A stretch of 32,000 bases of DNA from Patescibacteria group bacterium (GCA_041662745.1 JBAZRV010000005.1:30001-62000); one strand, 5' to 3'. Shown: positions 7,992-15,649, numbered from the stretch's first letter. Numbers and translations: made by a program. Notes: generated by a model from the letters alone, not told the origin.

Positions 7992-8030
7992 CAAAAAAAA
8001 TAAATACCCGCCCTAAGCAGGTATTTATTT
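7992..8030 (-). terminator. rho-independent terminator after the sigma-region-4/HARE-HTH gene
   Basis: Perfect 11-bp inverted repeat AAATAAATACC / GGTATTTATTT with an 11-nt loop, followed by a T-run on the minus strand (A-run 7992-8000 on plus). Confidence 0.7.
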
Positions 8031-8051
8031 AATGGATAATTTCCTTATCCC

Positions 8052-8107
8052 GTCATTCTCGAAAATTCGCAACGAGCAAATGCGAGCTGGAATTTATCGG
8101 GAATCAC
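8052..8107 (+). repeat. 56-nt hairpin repeat, copy of the GTCATTCY...GGAATC family
   Basis: GTCATTCTCGAAAATTCGCAACGAGCAAATGCGAGCTGGAATTTATCGGGAATCAC. Ungapped comparison with 18956-19011 gives 40/56 identical positions by my count. The arms are self-complementary. Confidence 0.7.
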
Positions 8108-8129
8108 ACGCCTGAATTGTAATTAATGT

Positions 8130-9326
8130 TTATTCCGCGTCAGCCACTTTTTCCAGAATCTCTTCGGCCTTGGCTTCAACAGCGCTTCCATCGGCCAAGA
8201 AATACTTGCCCTTGTCGTTGCGCTTGATATTGTCATGATTCATTAAGGCCAAATAAACGGTGGAGCGTTTGACATTGCGGCGTTCCAAAACCTTATCAAT
8301 GACTTGATCCTTGGCCAGGGGGCCTTCTTCTTTTAAAATATCAATAATAACGTCAGCTACATTGCCCGGGCGGTAACCCCATTCAGACAGGGCATAAATG
8401 CCGCGGCCGACCAAAACGTATTTCGGATCAAGGATTAATTCATTGTGAACGGTCGGAGCGTAAGCGATTTTGCCGTCAAAAGCATTCTTGTTTATTTCTG
8501 AAGCGATTTCAGTGAAATGCATAGGACGACCGGCCTTCTTCAGGGTCAAATAAATCTTATCGTTGATCTTCTTCGGCTTGACAATGCCCCAAGAGATCAA
8601 GCCCCAATTGTCAAAAATATCCTGTTGGATTTTTCTGGAAGCGCGCAAATAGCTTTCCAAAATCTTGTCAATATCCTCATCGGTAGCCTCTAACATGGTA
8701 GTCAAAGACAAAATCCGATCCTTGTTTTCATTATAGAAGCCGGAGTTCTTAAAACGATTCAAGAGTTCGATCAAACTGACGGGTTCTCCGTTTTTCTCAA
8801 TAATGCCGACCAGCTCGCTGATAACGCGTTTTAAAAAGTCGGTATCGGCAGAGCCTAAACGCCATAAATGATTGAATTCTTTATCCTGACCGACTTTATT
8901 AATGCGATCGGAAAAGATATGTTCAGCCAAAAACAACAAAGAATTCTCACTCTCCGGATGGGCGTTTAAATAATTAAGGACGTTTTCCAAGAAAAAAGCT
9001 TCTTCCATGACACCGCCGTATTGTTCCAAAAGCTGGGAAACTACGCCTTCGGCCTCGCGAATCTCATCCTTAAGATCGCGCAAATCCTTGAGCTTTTTGA
9101 TAGACAGGTTTTCAATCTGTCTGACGCGCTCGCGGGTAATGCCGTAAACCTGGCCGATTTCTTCCAGGGTATGCTTTTTATCAACGCCTAAGCCAAAGCG
9201 CTTTCTAACAACGTCCCGTTCCTTTTCGGACAGGTTATTGAATAAGGTGTTGATCACATCGACCGGATTAAAGGCGGATAAACCGTCCTTAAACTTGTTT
9301 TTTCTGACTTGATCCAAGATGGACAT
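8130..9326 (-). CDS. sigma-70 region-4 HTH protein fused to a C-terminal HARE-HTH/winged-helix region (not a complete sigma factor)
   Basis: N-terminus LSEKERDVVRKRFGLGVDKKHTLEEIGQVYGITRERVRQIENLSIKKLK is sigma region 4. I see no region-2-like segment. The C-terminal part PMHFTEIASEI...VHNELILDPKYVLVGRGIYALSEWGY fits the HARE-HTH pattern. The ORF track starts at TTG 9362. I prefer ATG 9326 because a consensus promoter sits at 9344-9372. Confidence 0.7.
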   Translation of the reverse strand: MSILDQVRKNKFKDGLSAFNPVDVINTLFNNLSEKERDVVRKRFGLGVDKKHTLEEIGQVYGITRERVRQIENLSIKKLKDLRDLKDEIREAEGVVSQLLEQYGGVMEEAFFLENVLNYLNAHPESENSLLFLAEHIFSDRINKVGQDKEFNHLWRLGSADTDFLKRVISELVGIIEKNGEPVSLIELLNRFKNSGFYNENKDRILSLTTMLEATDEDIDKILESYLRASRKIQQDIFDNWGLISWGIVKPKKINDKIYLTLKKAGRPMHFTEIASEINKNAFDGKIAYAPTVHNELILDPKYVLVGRGIYALSEWGYRPGNVADVIIDILKEEGPLAKDQVIDKVLERRNVKRSTVYLALMNHDNIKRNDKGKYFLADGSAVEAKAEEILEKVADAE

Positions 9327-9343
9327 ATGATAATTAATATTGA

Positions 9344-9372
9344 ATATTAAACTAATCGCCAATTATTGTCAA
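9344..9372 (-). promoter_or_regulatory. proximal sigma70-type promoter
   Basis: Minus strand: TTGACA (9372-9367), then 17 nt, then TAATAT (9349-9344). ATG 9326 lies 17 nt after the -10. Confidence 0.55.
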
Positions 9373-9473
9373 TGGGAGTAATTTGATTAATTACTTTATT
9401 TTAGCGAAAATTCAATCATTTGTTTTTACCTAAAATTAGCTAAAATTTGACTATAACTGATTCTTATGCCTTA

Positions 9474-9502
9474 ATTATATCAAAAATATTGGTAATTGTC
9501 AA
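9474..9502 (-). promoter_or_regulatory. distal consensus sigma70-type promoter
   Basis: Minus strand: TTGACA (9502-9497), then 17 nt, then TATAAT (9479-9474). Both hexamers match the consensus perfectly. Confidence 0.6.
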
Positions 9503-9507
9503 TAGTG

Positions 9508-9543
9508 TAAAAAAATAAACCCCGAAAACCAACTTCGGGGTTT
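9508..9543 (-). terminator. rho-independent terminator after mltG
   Basis: AAACCCCGAA-n7-TTCGGGGTTT hairpin followed by a T-run on the minus strand, 20 nt after the mltG stop. Confidence 0.75.
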
Positions 9544-9562
9544 ATATCCAGCTCTCTTCCGC

Positions 9563-10561
9563 TTAATTCTCCAAATACTTGACAATATTCTGCTGATGCT
9601 CGGCGTAAGTCCGGCCGAAATGCGCGCGACCTTCGCTGTCAGTCAAAAAATAATAGTACTGATTGGGTTGGGAATAAATCACGGCGTTAAGAGAAGCCAA
9701 ACCGGGATTAGAAATCGGTCCGGGCGGCAAACCGCGGTACTTATACGTATTATAAGGGCTGTTGATTTGCAAATCGGCGTAAGTCGGGCGCGGAGATTTT
9801 TTGCCGGTAGCGTAATTAACGGTGGCGTCAGACTGCAAACCGATTCCCTGTTTCAAACGATTAAGAAAGATCGCGGCAATAACCCGGCGATCATCGTCAA
9901 ACAACGCTTCACGCTCCACAATTGATGCCAAAATCAAAGCGTCATAAAAACTGGCATTATCCTTGGGCGCGTCAAAGCGCATCTGCGCCGTGACCTGGCG
10001 GTCAAAGTTATCCAGCATTTTCTTAATGGCATCTTCCGGCTTGGCATCGCTAAAAATCCGATAAGTATCGGGAAACAAAAATCCTTCCAACGACTTGATG
10101 CGCTTATCCTGCAGAAAAACATATTGGTCGCGCCAATTGTCTATGGCGCTGGCAGAAGCAAACGCCTGTTCATCGGCGATCCCCCGCTCCTTAAAATAGG
10201 CGGCGATGTCCTTAATTTTCCAACCCTCAATAATGGTAATGGTAAGTTCGCGGTCAATATTAGTGTTACTGGTCAATTGGCGAATAATGGATTTGATGGA
10301 GGAATGCGCTTCAACTTGATGCGTGCCGGCCACCAAACGGCTGTCCGCTTTGGTCAACTTGGCATACAGCCTAAAAGTAAAAATGCTGGCTATCAATCCC
10401 CGACTCCGAAGCGTTTGAGCGATTTCACCAGCGCCGACGCCGGATTCAATTTTAACGGTCGTTGCCTGCGCCAAGTCATTATGACGGCTAAAGGAATAGA
10501 AAAACCATGAAACCGTTAAGACAATAACAACCAAAAAAGCAACGATTGCCTTCTTTAACAT
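9563..10561 (-). CDS. mltG: endolytic murein transglycosylase MltG (YceG family)
   Basis: N-terminal TM anchor and YceG-type motifs: ILASIVEREA, LQSDATVNYA, SPYNTYKYRGLPPGPISNPG. Confidence 0.9.
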   Translation of the reverse strand: MLKKAIVAFLVVIVLTVSWFFYSFSRHNDLAQATTVKIESGVGAGEIAQTLRSRGLIASIFTFRLYAKLTKADSRLVAGTHQVEAHSSIKSIIRQLTSNTNIDRELTITIIEGWKIKDIAAYFKERGIADEQAFASASAIDNWRDQYVFLQDKRIKSLEGFLFPDTYRIFSDAKPEDAIKKMLDNFDRQVTAQMRFDAPKDNASFYDALILASIVEREALFDDDRRVIAAIFLNRLKQGIGLQSDATVNYATGKKSPRPTYADLQINSPYNTYKYRGLPPGPISNPGLASLNAVIYSQPNQYYYFLTDSEGRAHFGRTYAEHQQNIVKYLEN

Positions 10562-10644
10562 AATAAATAATTGATTAATAATATTTGATATTGTAACAAA
10601 AACAACGGCTTAAGTCCATGCCTTTAGTCTTGAACCGGCAATTA

Positions 10645-10653
10645 TGATATAAT
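10645..10653 (+). promoter_or_regulatory. extended -10 element, possibly giving a leaderless CAP-protein mRNA
   Basis: TGaTATAAT with the TATAAT at 10648-10653, followed by 7 nt and then ATG 10661. No SD and no good -35. Confidence 0.35.
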
Positions 10654-10660
10654 TATCTTA

Positions 10661-11548
10661 ATGAAGGCGAACAAAAAACAATTAATCTTGCTTGGAGCGG
10701 CGATAGCTATCGGCGTCGGTTATTTGGCTTTAAGCGGCGTCATGCGGCTGGGCAAAGCCGTCCAGGCCGAAGAAAACCCGGCGGCGGCCCAAGAGATAGT
10801 CCAGCTGACCAATACTTATCGCCAGAGCTTGGAGCTTAACGATCTCAGCGTCAATCCCCGCTTGACCCAAGCGGCCATTGATCGCGCCAAAGACATTCTG
10901 GCCAAACAATACTTCGGCCATATTTCGCCGGACGGAAAAAAATTCTCCGATTGGGTCAAGGATACGGGCTACAAATATTTTTATGTCGGTGAAAACTTAG
11001 CGATTGACTTCAATAACAGCCAGGAGGTGTTTGAAGCTTGGCTCAAAAGCGACGGCCATCGCCAGAATCTGGAACGCGGAGAATACCAAGAAATCGGAGT
11101 GGCCAGCCTGCGGGGCGAGTTCAAGAACCAACCGACCTCGGTAGTCGTTCAGCTGTTCGGTTCGCGCGTGCTGGGAGCTAATGAACTGAATTTGCCCAAT
11201 ACTGCCGGCGCGGACAATTATTTTCCCGTAGCGCGCAGCTGGTCCATTGAACGGGTCCTGATGGCGATTGATTTTTTCCGCTGGTGGCTTAACTGCCTGA
11301 TTGTCATTATTGTTTTATTGTTGCTTTTGACTTTTTTGCAAACTCCGCCAAAAGACAAAAAAATTATTCAAAAAAAGATTATCCAAAAACCCTCGGCCAA
11401 CTTGGATCGGCCGAAGGCGAGAATAATCAAGGCCAAAAAAATTACGGCTAAAAAACCAGCCAAAGCAAAATCAAACCGGCCAAAATCACCCGGTACCAAG
11501 CGAAAACACCAAGCGAATGGTCAAGCAGATACTTCAATAAGAATTTAA
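10661..11548 (+). CDS. CAP/SCP (PR-1-like, YkwD-type) domain protein with N-terminal anchor, C-terminal TM and Lys-rich tail
   Basis: CAP motifs: LSVNPRLTQAAIDRAKDI...YFGHISPDG...VGENLA...AWLKSDGHRQNL...EIGVA. C-terminal LIVIIVLLLLLTF, then KKIIQKKIIQK...AKKPAKAK. Confidence 0.75.
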   Translation: MKANKKQLILLGAAIAIGVGYLALSGVMRLGKAVQAEENPAAAQEIVQLTNTYRQSLELNDLSVNPRLTQAAIDRAKDILAKQYFGHISPDGKKFSDWVKDTGYKYFYVGENLAIDFNNSQEVFEAWLKSDGHRQNLERGEYQEIGVASLRGEFKNQPTSVVVQLFGSRVLGANELNLPNTAGADNYFPVARSWSIERVLMAIDFFRWWLNCLIVIIVLLLLLTFLQTPPKDKKIIQKKIIQKPSANLDRPKARIIKAKKITAKKPAKAKSNRPKSPGTKRKHQANGQADTSIRI

Positions 11549-12266
11549 CGGCAAAATAACCGCTAACGGCGGCGGTAACAAATCCGACGGCCAGCAAGGG
11601 CCACTCCGCAACAGTCAATGATTCAATTTGTAACAATGATTTGACGCCGGCGCCCAAAACTACGGGCAAAGACAACAAAAAAGAAAATTTCGCCGCCTGT
11701 TCCCGGGTTAACTTCAACATCAGACCGGCGCAGATGGTAATGCCTGAGCGGGAAGTGCCGGGGATCAAAGCTGTGGCCTGAGCCGCGCCGATAATCAATG
11801 ACTCCCACCACTTTAGCGACTCAGCCGCCCGCAAGCGTTTGGCGTATTTCTCCAGCAACCAAAACAAAACAGCGACGACTATCAGCATAATAGCCACGAC
11901 TAAGGCGGCGGATCTGCCCTCATGAAACACTTGCTCAATAAAATCATTAAAAAAATAACCGGCCAGCACGGCGGGAATCGTACCGATGATAATCAACCAA
12001 GCTAAGCGCTGATTGCTGTCGCCGTTTAAATTCCATTTAACCAAGCTGGAGAAAAACCCCTTGATCAAGCGAATGATATCGCGCCAAAAAAATACCAACA
12101 GCGACGAAAATGTTCCCAAATGAAGCACGACGTCAAAAGTCAGATTGTCCGGCAGATTAAACCGCAAAATTTCATGCAGTAAAACCAAGTGGCCGGAACT
12201 GGAAATGGGCAAAAATTCCGCCACGCCCTGAATCAAGCCGGCCAAAATCGCTAATAAATAATTCAT
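11448..12266 (-). CDS. uppP: undecaprenyl-diphosphate phosphatase (BacA/UppP)
   Basis: AEFLPISSSGHLVL near the N-terminus, PGTSRSG motif, multi-TM profile, 272 aa. Confidence 0.9.
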   Translation of the reverse strand: MNYLLAILAGLIQGVAEFLPISSSGHLVLLHEILRFNLPDNLTFDVVLHLGTFSSLLVFFWRDIIRLIKGFFSSLVKWNLNGDSNQRLAWLIIIGTIPAVLAGYFFNDFIEQVFHEGRSAALVVAIMLIVVAVLFWLLEKYAKRLRAAESLKWWESLIIGAAQATALIPGTSRSGITICAGLMLKLTREQAAKFSFLLSLPVVLGAGVKSLLQIESLTVAEWPLLAVGFVTAAVSGYFAVKFLLKYLLDHSLGVFAWYRVILAGLILLWLVF

Positions 12267-12306
12267 AAAACAAAAAACCTAATAATAATTTATTAATAAT
12301 AATTTT

Positions 12307-12738
12307 ATGTACCTGCTAATCATTATCCCCGTACTGGCCGCGCTTATCGCCCAAGTTGTCAAATTAAGCATTGACGGCATCAACCGCAATCTTAATTGGC
12401 GCCACATGTTTGCCGATTACGGCGGTATGCCCTCTTCCCATGCGGCTTTTGTTTCCGCCCTGGCTACGGTGATAGCGCTTCGCGAGGGTTTGGATTCCGC
12501 CGTTTTTGCCGTGGCTCTGGTTTTAACGGTTATAGTATTGCGCGATGCCATCGGCTTTAGGCGGGAAATCGGCAAAAACGCCACCCTGACCAACACCATC
12601 GCCAAAGAAATTTTTCCGGAAAATCCGGAAGTGCTGATACGTGAACGCATCGGCCATACCGCACTGGAAGCGGCTGTCGGTCTGATTTTCGGCGTTATCT
12701 TGGCGCTGATTCTTTATGCTCTTCTCGCTACGGCTTAA
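12307..12738 (+). CDS. divergent PAP2-like membrane protein (DUF212, acid phosphatase/vanadium haloperoxidase-related)
   Basis: GGMPSSHAAFVSALAT and LRDAIGFRRE...GHT motifs, ~4 TM segments, 143 aa. Confidence 0.7.
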   Translation: MYLLIIIPVLAALIAQVVKLSIDGINRNLNWRHMFADYGGMPSSHAAFVSALATVIALREGLDSAVFAVALVLTVIVLRDAIGFRREIGKNATLTNTIAKEIFPENPEVLIRERIGHTALEAAVGLIFGVILALILYALLATA

Positions 12739-12753
12739 TTTCGTCGCGCCAGC

Positions 12754-12782
12754 TTGACATTATTAAAATACCATATTAATAT
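12754..12782 (+). promoter_or_regulatory. sigma70-type promoter of the zinc-ribbon gene
   Basis: TTGACA (12754-12759), then 17 nt, then TAATAT (12777-12782). Confidence 0.5.
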
Positions 12783-12839
12783 GAGTCGAGCAAACCGCCG
12801 GAACATTCAAACTTAAAAAACCAAACAGGAGGACAAATC

Positions 12840-13124
12840 ATGGCTTTAGTGCGAGAGTGCAGTTTCTGCAATATGGATAAGGTGATTATGGATCATGAAC
12901 TGAACCTTTGCAGTGCTTGCTGTGAGCTGGTAAGCAAACGAAAGAAAGCTGAACTGGCAGTATATCTATATTGTTTTTGCCGTCTCTGCAGAAAATCCAT
13001 CACCAAGGAGGACAAGCACTTCGCTGTTTGCAAGTCCTGCGCCAAAAAAATCAGAAAAAACCGGAAAAAGATATTGCGCCGGGCAGCTAAAGACAAAAAA
13101 CAAGGTAGAATGAGATTCGCCTAA
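12840..13124 (+). CDS. small basic protein with two tandem CxxC-x13-CxxC zinc-ribbon units
   Basis: AGGAGG lies 7 nt upstream of the ATG. C7xxC10-x13-C24xxC27 and C47xxC50-x13-C64xxC67, each followed by a K/R-rich stretch. 94 aa. Confidence 0.65.
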   Translation: MALVRECSFCNMDKVIMDHELNLCSACCELVSKRKKAELAVYLYCFCRLCRKSITKEDKHFAVCKSCAKKIRKNRKKILRRAAKDKKQGRMRFA

Positions 13125-13223
13125 AACAAAAACTTGAAACGGGAAGAAGGCCCGGAGATGAGTAAAGAAAAATACGTTCAGCCGGAACAACCCCCGATCA
13201 ATAACACACACCATCGCACCTTT

Positions 13224-13254
13224 ACACATCCTGACGGGATGTGTTTTATTTTTG
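13224..13254 (+). terminator. rho-independent terminator
   Basis: ACACATCC-TGACG-GGATGTGT (8-bp stem) followed by TTTATTTTT. It overlaps the mutM stop codon (13246-13248) on the other strand. Confidence 0.7.
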
Positions 13255-14106
13255 GCAACCGGGGCAGAAATGCGTGCCGCGGCCGCCCAACCTAATCTTA
13301 TGAACCGTTCCGCCGCAACGCCGGCATTTCTTCCCGGCTCGCCCGTAAACTTTCAAAAACTTCATCATGCCACCCTCTGCGCCGGAAGTCGTCACGTAAG
13401 TATCGGCAGAAGTGCCCTTTTTACTAATGGATAATTTGAGGATGCGGGGTATGGCCTTAAATAAATCCTTGATTTCTTTTTCCGTCAATTTGTTGGCCGG
13501 ACGAGTCGGCAACACCTTAGCCGCAAAACACACTTCATCAGCATAAATATTGCCTATGCCGGCAATAAGCGCCTGATCCATCAGCAATTGTTTGATTTTG
13601 CGATTAGGATAACGTTTTAGTTTTTCCTTAAAAGCCGAGAAAGTAAAATCCTTAGACAACGGTTCCAGTCCATACTTGCCTGTTTCACTTTCATACAATT
13701 TTTTGTCAGCAAACTTAATCCAGCCGAAGCGACGGATATCATTAAAAAACAAATGGCTTTTATCGGTGAACTCAAACATCGCCCGGGTAAACTTGGTAGG
13801 CAATTCGCCCCGAAAAGCAATGGGATGACCGCCGGCCAAACCCTTGCCGCGACGATCGCGAAACACCAGTTGTCCGGTCATCTTAAGATGGATCAGCAGA
13901 TGCTTATCGCCGCTAAGATTGATGATGATCATTTTGGCGCGGCGAGCCACGCCTAAAATTTTCTTGCCTTTAACCGACTGAACAAATTTTTTGTTCATCG
14001 GCCGGACCGACTTGTATTTAAACACTTGGACGCTTTTAATCGTCTTGCGTTTTATCTTCTCATTCAGTTCGCTGACAATGGTTTGCACCTCGGGCAATTC
14101 GGGCAT
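13246..14106 (-). CDS. mutM: formamidopyrimidine-DNA glycosylase (Fpg/MutM)
   Basis: N-terminal MPELPEV, H2TH region, C-terminal zinc finger CRRCGG...FCPGCQK. Confidence 0.92.
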   Translation of the reverse strand: MPELPEVQTIVSELNEKIKRKTIKSVQVFKYKSVRPMNKKFVQSVKGKKILGVARRAKMIIINLSGDKHLLIHLKMTGQLVFRDRRGKGLAGGHPIAFRGELPTKFTRAMFEFTDKSHLFFNDIRRFGWIKFADKKLYESETGKYGLEPLSKDFTFSAFKEKLKRYPNRKIKQLLMDQALIAGIGNIYADEVCFAAKVLPTRPANKLTEKEIKDLFKAIPRILKLSISKKGTSADTYVTTSGAEGGMMKFLKVYGRAGKKCRRCGGTVHKIRLGGRGTHFCPGCQK

Positions 14107-14114
14107 AAAATTAT

Positions 14115-14142
14115 TTTATATCGTCAGTTTAACATTTTTCAA
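14115..14142 (-). promoter_or_regulatory. candidate mutM promoter (near-leaderless geometry)
   Basis: Minus strand: TTGAAA (14142-14137), then 16 nt, then TATAAA (14120-14115), then 8 nt to ATG 14106. No SD. Confidence 0.4.
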
Positions 14143-14144
14143 CT

Positions 14145-14179
14145 AAAAACAAAAGTCGCTTGCTACTGTGGAAGCGACT
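14145..14179 (-). terminator. rho-independent terminator after the NUDIX gene
   Basis: AGTCGCTT-n10-AAGCGACT (8-bp perfect stem, 14154-14179) followed on the minus strand by TTTTGTTTTT. Confidence 0.7.
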
Positions 14180-14196
14180 GTATTGTACGATTATTT

Positions 14197-14667
14197 CTAA
14201 CTCAGCAACCTGCGTTGCCAGACTTCCTGAAGGCACTCCGCCTCATCCGGCACCAAGTCGGAACGCTTCAAGGCATCTGCTACCGGCAGCCAACGCCACT
14301 CCGTATGTTCGCGTTGATTAAGCAGTGGAAGCGGAGATTCCTGATCCTTGGGCCATTCGGCAGAAAACGTAAAATACAAAAAATCATAATCCGGATACCG
14401 GACGAAACGCGGTCCCAAGCAATACATCCGACTGCTTATGTCCGCTGGAAGAACTATGCCGGTCTCTTCTGCCAATTCCCGATTAAGCGCTTGAATAATG
14501 CTTTCACCGGAATCCATCTTGCCGCCGGGCACGCACCACAAACCTCCATAAGGTTTAAGGGGGTGGCGTTTAAGCATCAAGACAAGCTTGCCATAAAACA
14601 AATAACAACCGACGACTGCGAACTTGGGCTTGAAATTGAAAAGATCTTCCAAGGACTTAATAATCAT
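14197..14667 (-). CDS. NUDIX hydrolase
   Basis: Nudix box GGKMDSGESIIQALNRELAEETGI. AGGAG (14679-14675) lies 7 nt upstream of ATG 14667, so the GTG 14673 start in the ORF track is unlikely. Confidence 0.85.
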   Translation of the reverse strand: MIIKSLEDLFNFKPKFAVVGCYLFYGKLVLMLKRHPLKPYGGLWCVPGGKMDSGESIIQALNRELAEETGIVLPADISSRMYCLGPRFVRYPDYDFLYFTFSAEWPKDQESPLPLLNQREHTEWRWLPVADALKRSDLVPDEAECLQEVWQRRLLS

Positions 14668-14785
14668 GGACACTCTCCTTCTTGCCTTATTGCTATATTT
14701 AAAATCCTATTAGTTTTAATACCTTAATCAAATCTCGGCCGGATGTCAACAAAATTAAGCTATAATTGCAATTACATTTTATTTA

Positions 14786-14814
14786 TTGACAAAAGTCTTA
14801 CGGCATGCTATAAT
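14786..14814 (+). promoter_or_regulatory. consensus sigma70-type promoter of the 14886-15649 operon
   Basis: TTGACA (14786-14791), then 17 nt, then TATAAT (14809-14814). Confidence 0.6.
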
Positions 14815-14885
14815 ACTATGAATAGTTTAATACCAAATGCAGAATATGGCAGAATTAGCTGAAAAATGAACAAAAGGAGAAAGCG

Positions 14886-15386
14886 ATGCTCTTTAAAATC
14901 GACCAGTGGCTATTAGGACTCTTTGAACGCAACAGTAATGCCCTAACCCGATTAACGGGGAAAAATAATTACTTCTGGGCGCGGGTCGTGCTATTTTTAT
15001 CGACCGTAATGGTCTTTTTCGCTGTCAATAACAGCGACTACGAGAAATTCTCGTTAATTTTTATTGTATCTTTTTCCGCATCAATAATTGAGATTTATTG
15101 GCTAGAGCGGATAGCCTTGAGTAAGATTTCACCGAATATTGCCAACCCCCTAAAGATCGGCGACTTTGCCTGCTTAAGGATTGTGGCCGGATTGTTATTA
15201 CTATTGACGCTGTTTATGGCTCTAGTGGAGATGTCGTCAACTAACCGTTTGGATGACCCGATACTAACCTGCGGTCTTTGGCTGTTTCTATGCTCTCTGT
15301 GGGTTTTTCTCTACCTCGTTTCCTGCGACTGCGACGCCGCAGTAAGCGCCATTTCCCCCGAATCCGAACAAACGGAAAGGAAATAA
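14886..15386 (+). CDS. hypothetical integral membrane protein, 166 aa (~4 TM)
   Basis: AGGAG lies 6 nt upstream of the ATG. Hydrophobic segments: VVLFLSTVMVFFAV, FSLIFIVSFSASII, IVAGLLLLLTLFMALV, LWLFLCSLWVFLYLV. Confidence 0.6.
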   Translation: MLFKIDQWLLGLFERNSNALTRLTGKNNYFWARVVLFLSTVMVFFAVNNSDYEKFSLIFIVSFSASIIEIYWLERIALSKISPNIANPLKIGDFACLRIVAGLLLLLTLFMALVEMSSTNRLDDPILTCGLWLFLCSLWVFLYLVSCDCDAAVSAISPESEQTERK

Positions 15387-15391
15387 CAGTT

Positions 15392-15649
15392 ATGAAAAAT
15401 CGGCTGGTAATTTGGCTGGGTGTGTGGATCGCGTTCATGGTCTTGTTGTTTACAATCATGAAATTGGATCTTTGGTCCAATCCTTGGCTCTACGAGATAG
15501 TAGATCAATGGAAGTGGTATAATTTTATTACTTCGCACCACGGCCTAACAGCGCTTTATATCCAGCACAATTCAGTCTGGCTGGTAGTGTTCCCTGCATC
15601 AACACTGCTATTCTCGGGACTGGCAATACTGGATTGCCAGAGAAAATAA
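15392..15649 (+). CDS. hypothetical small membrane protein, 85 aa
   Basis: ATG 15392 lies 5 nt after the previous stop, with GGAAAGGAA upstream. MKNRLVIWLGVWIAFMVLLFTIM... The track start at 15278 overlaps the preceding gene and is unlikely. Confidence 0.5.
   Translation: MKNRLVIWLGVWIAFMVLLFTIMKLDLWSNPWLYEIVDQWKWYNFITSHHGLTALYIQHNSVWLVVFPASTLLFSGLAILDCQRK

Noticed and set aside
13158-13301. 47-codon ORF (MSKEKYVQPEQPP...) in the 3' UTR of the zinc-ribbon gene
   Set aside because: It would read straight through the strong terminator hairpin at 13224-13254 and into antisense mutM. GGAG is too close to the ATG to serve as an SD.
14026-14727. 233-aa plus-strand ORF spanning the mutM start, an intergenic terminator and the whole NUDIX gene
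   Set aside because: It is antisense to two well-supported genes and crosses their terminator and promoter region. It has no SD and no motifs.
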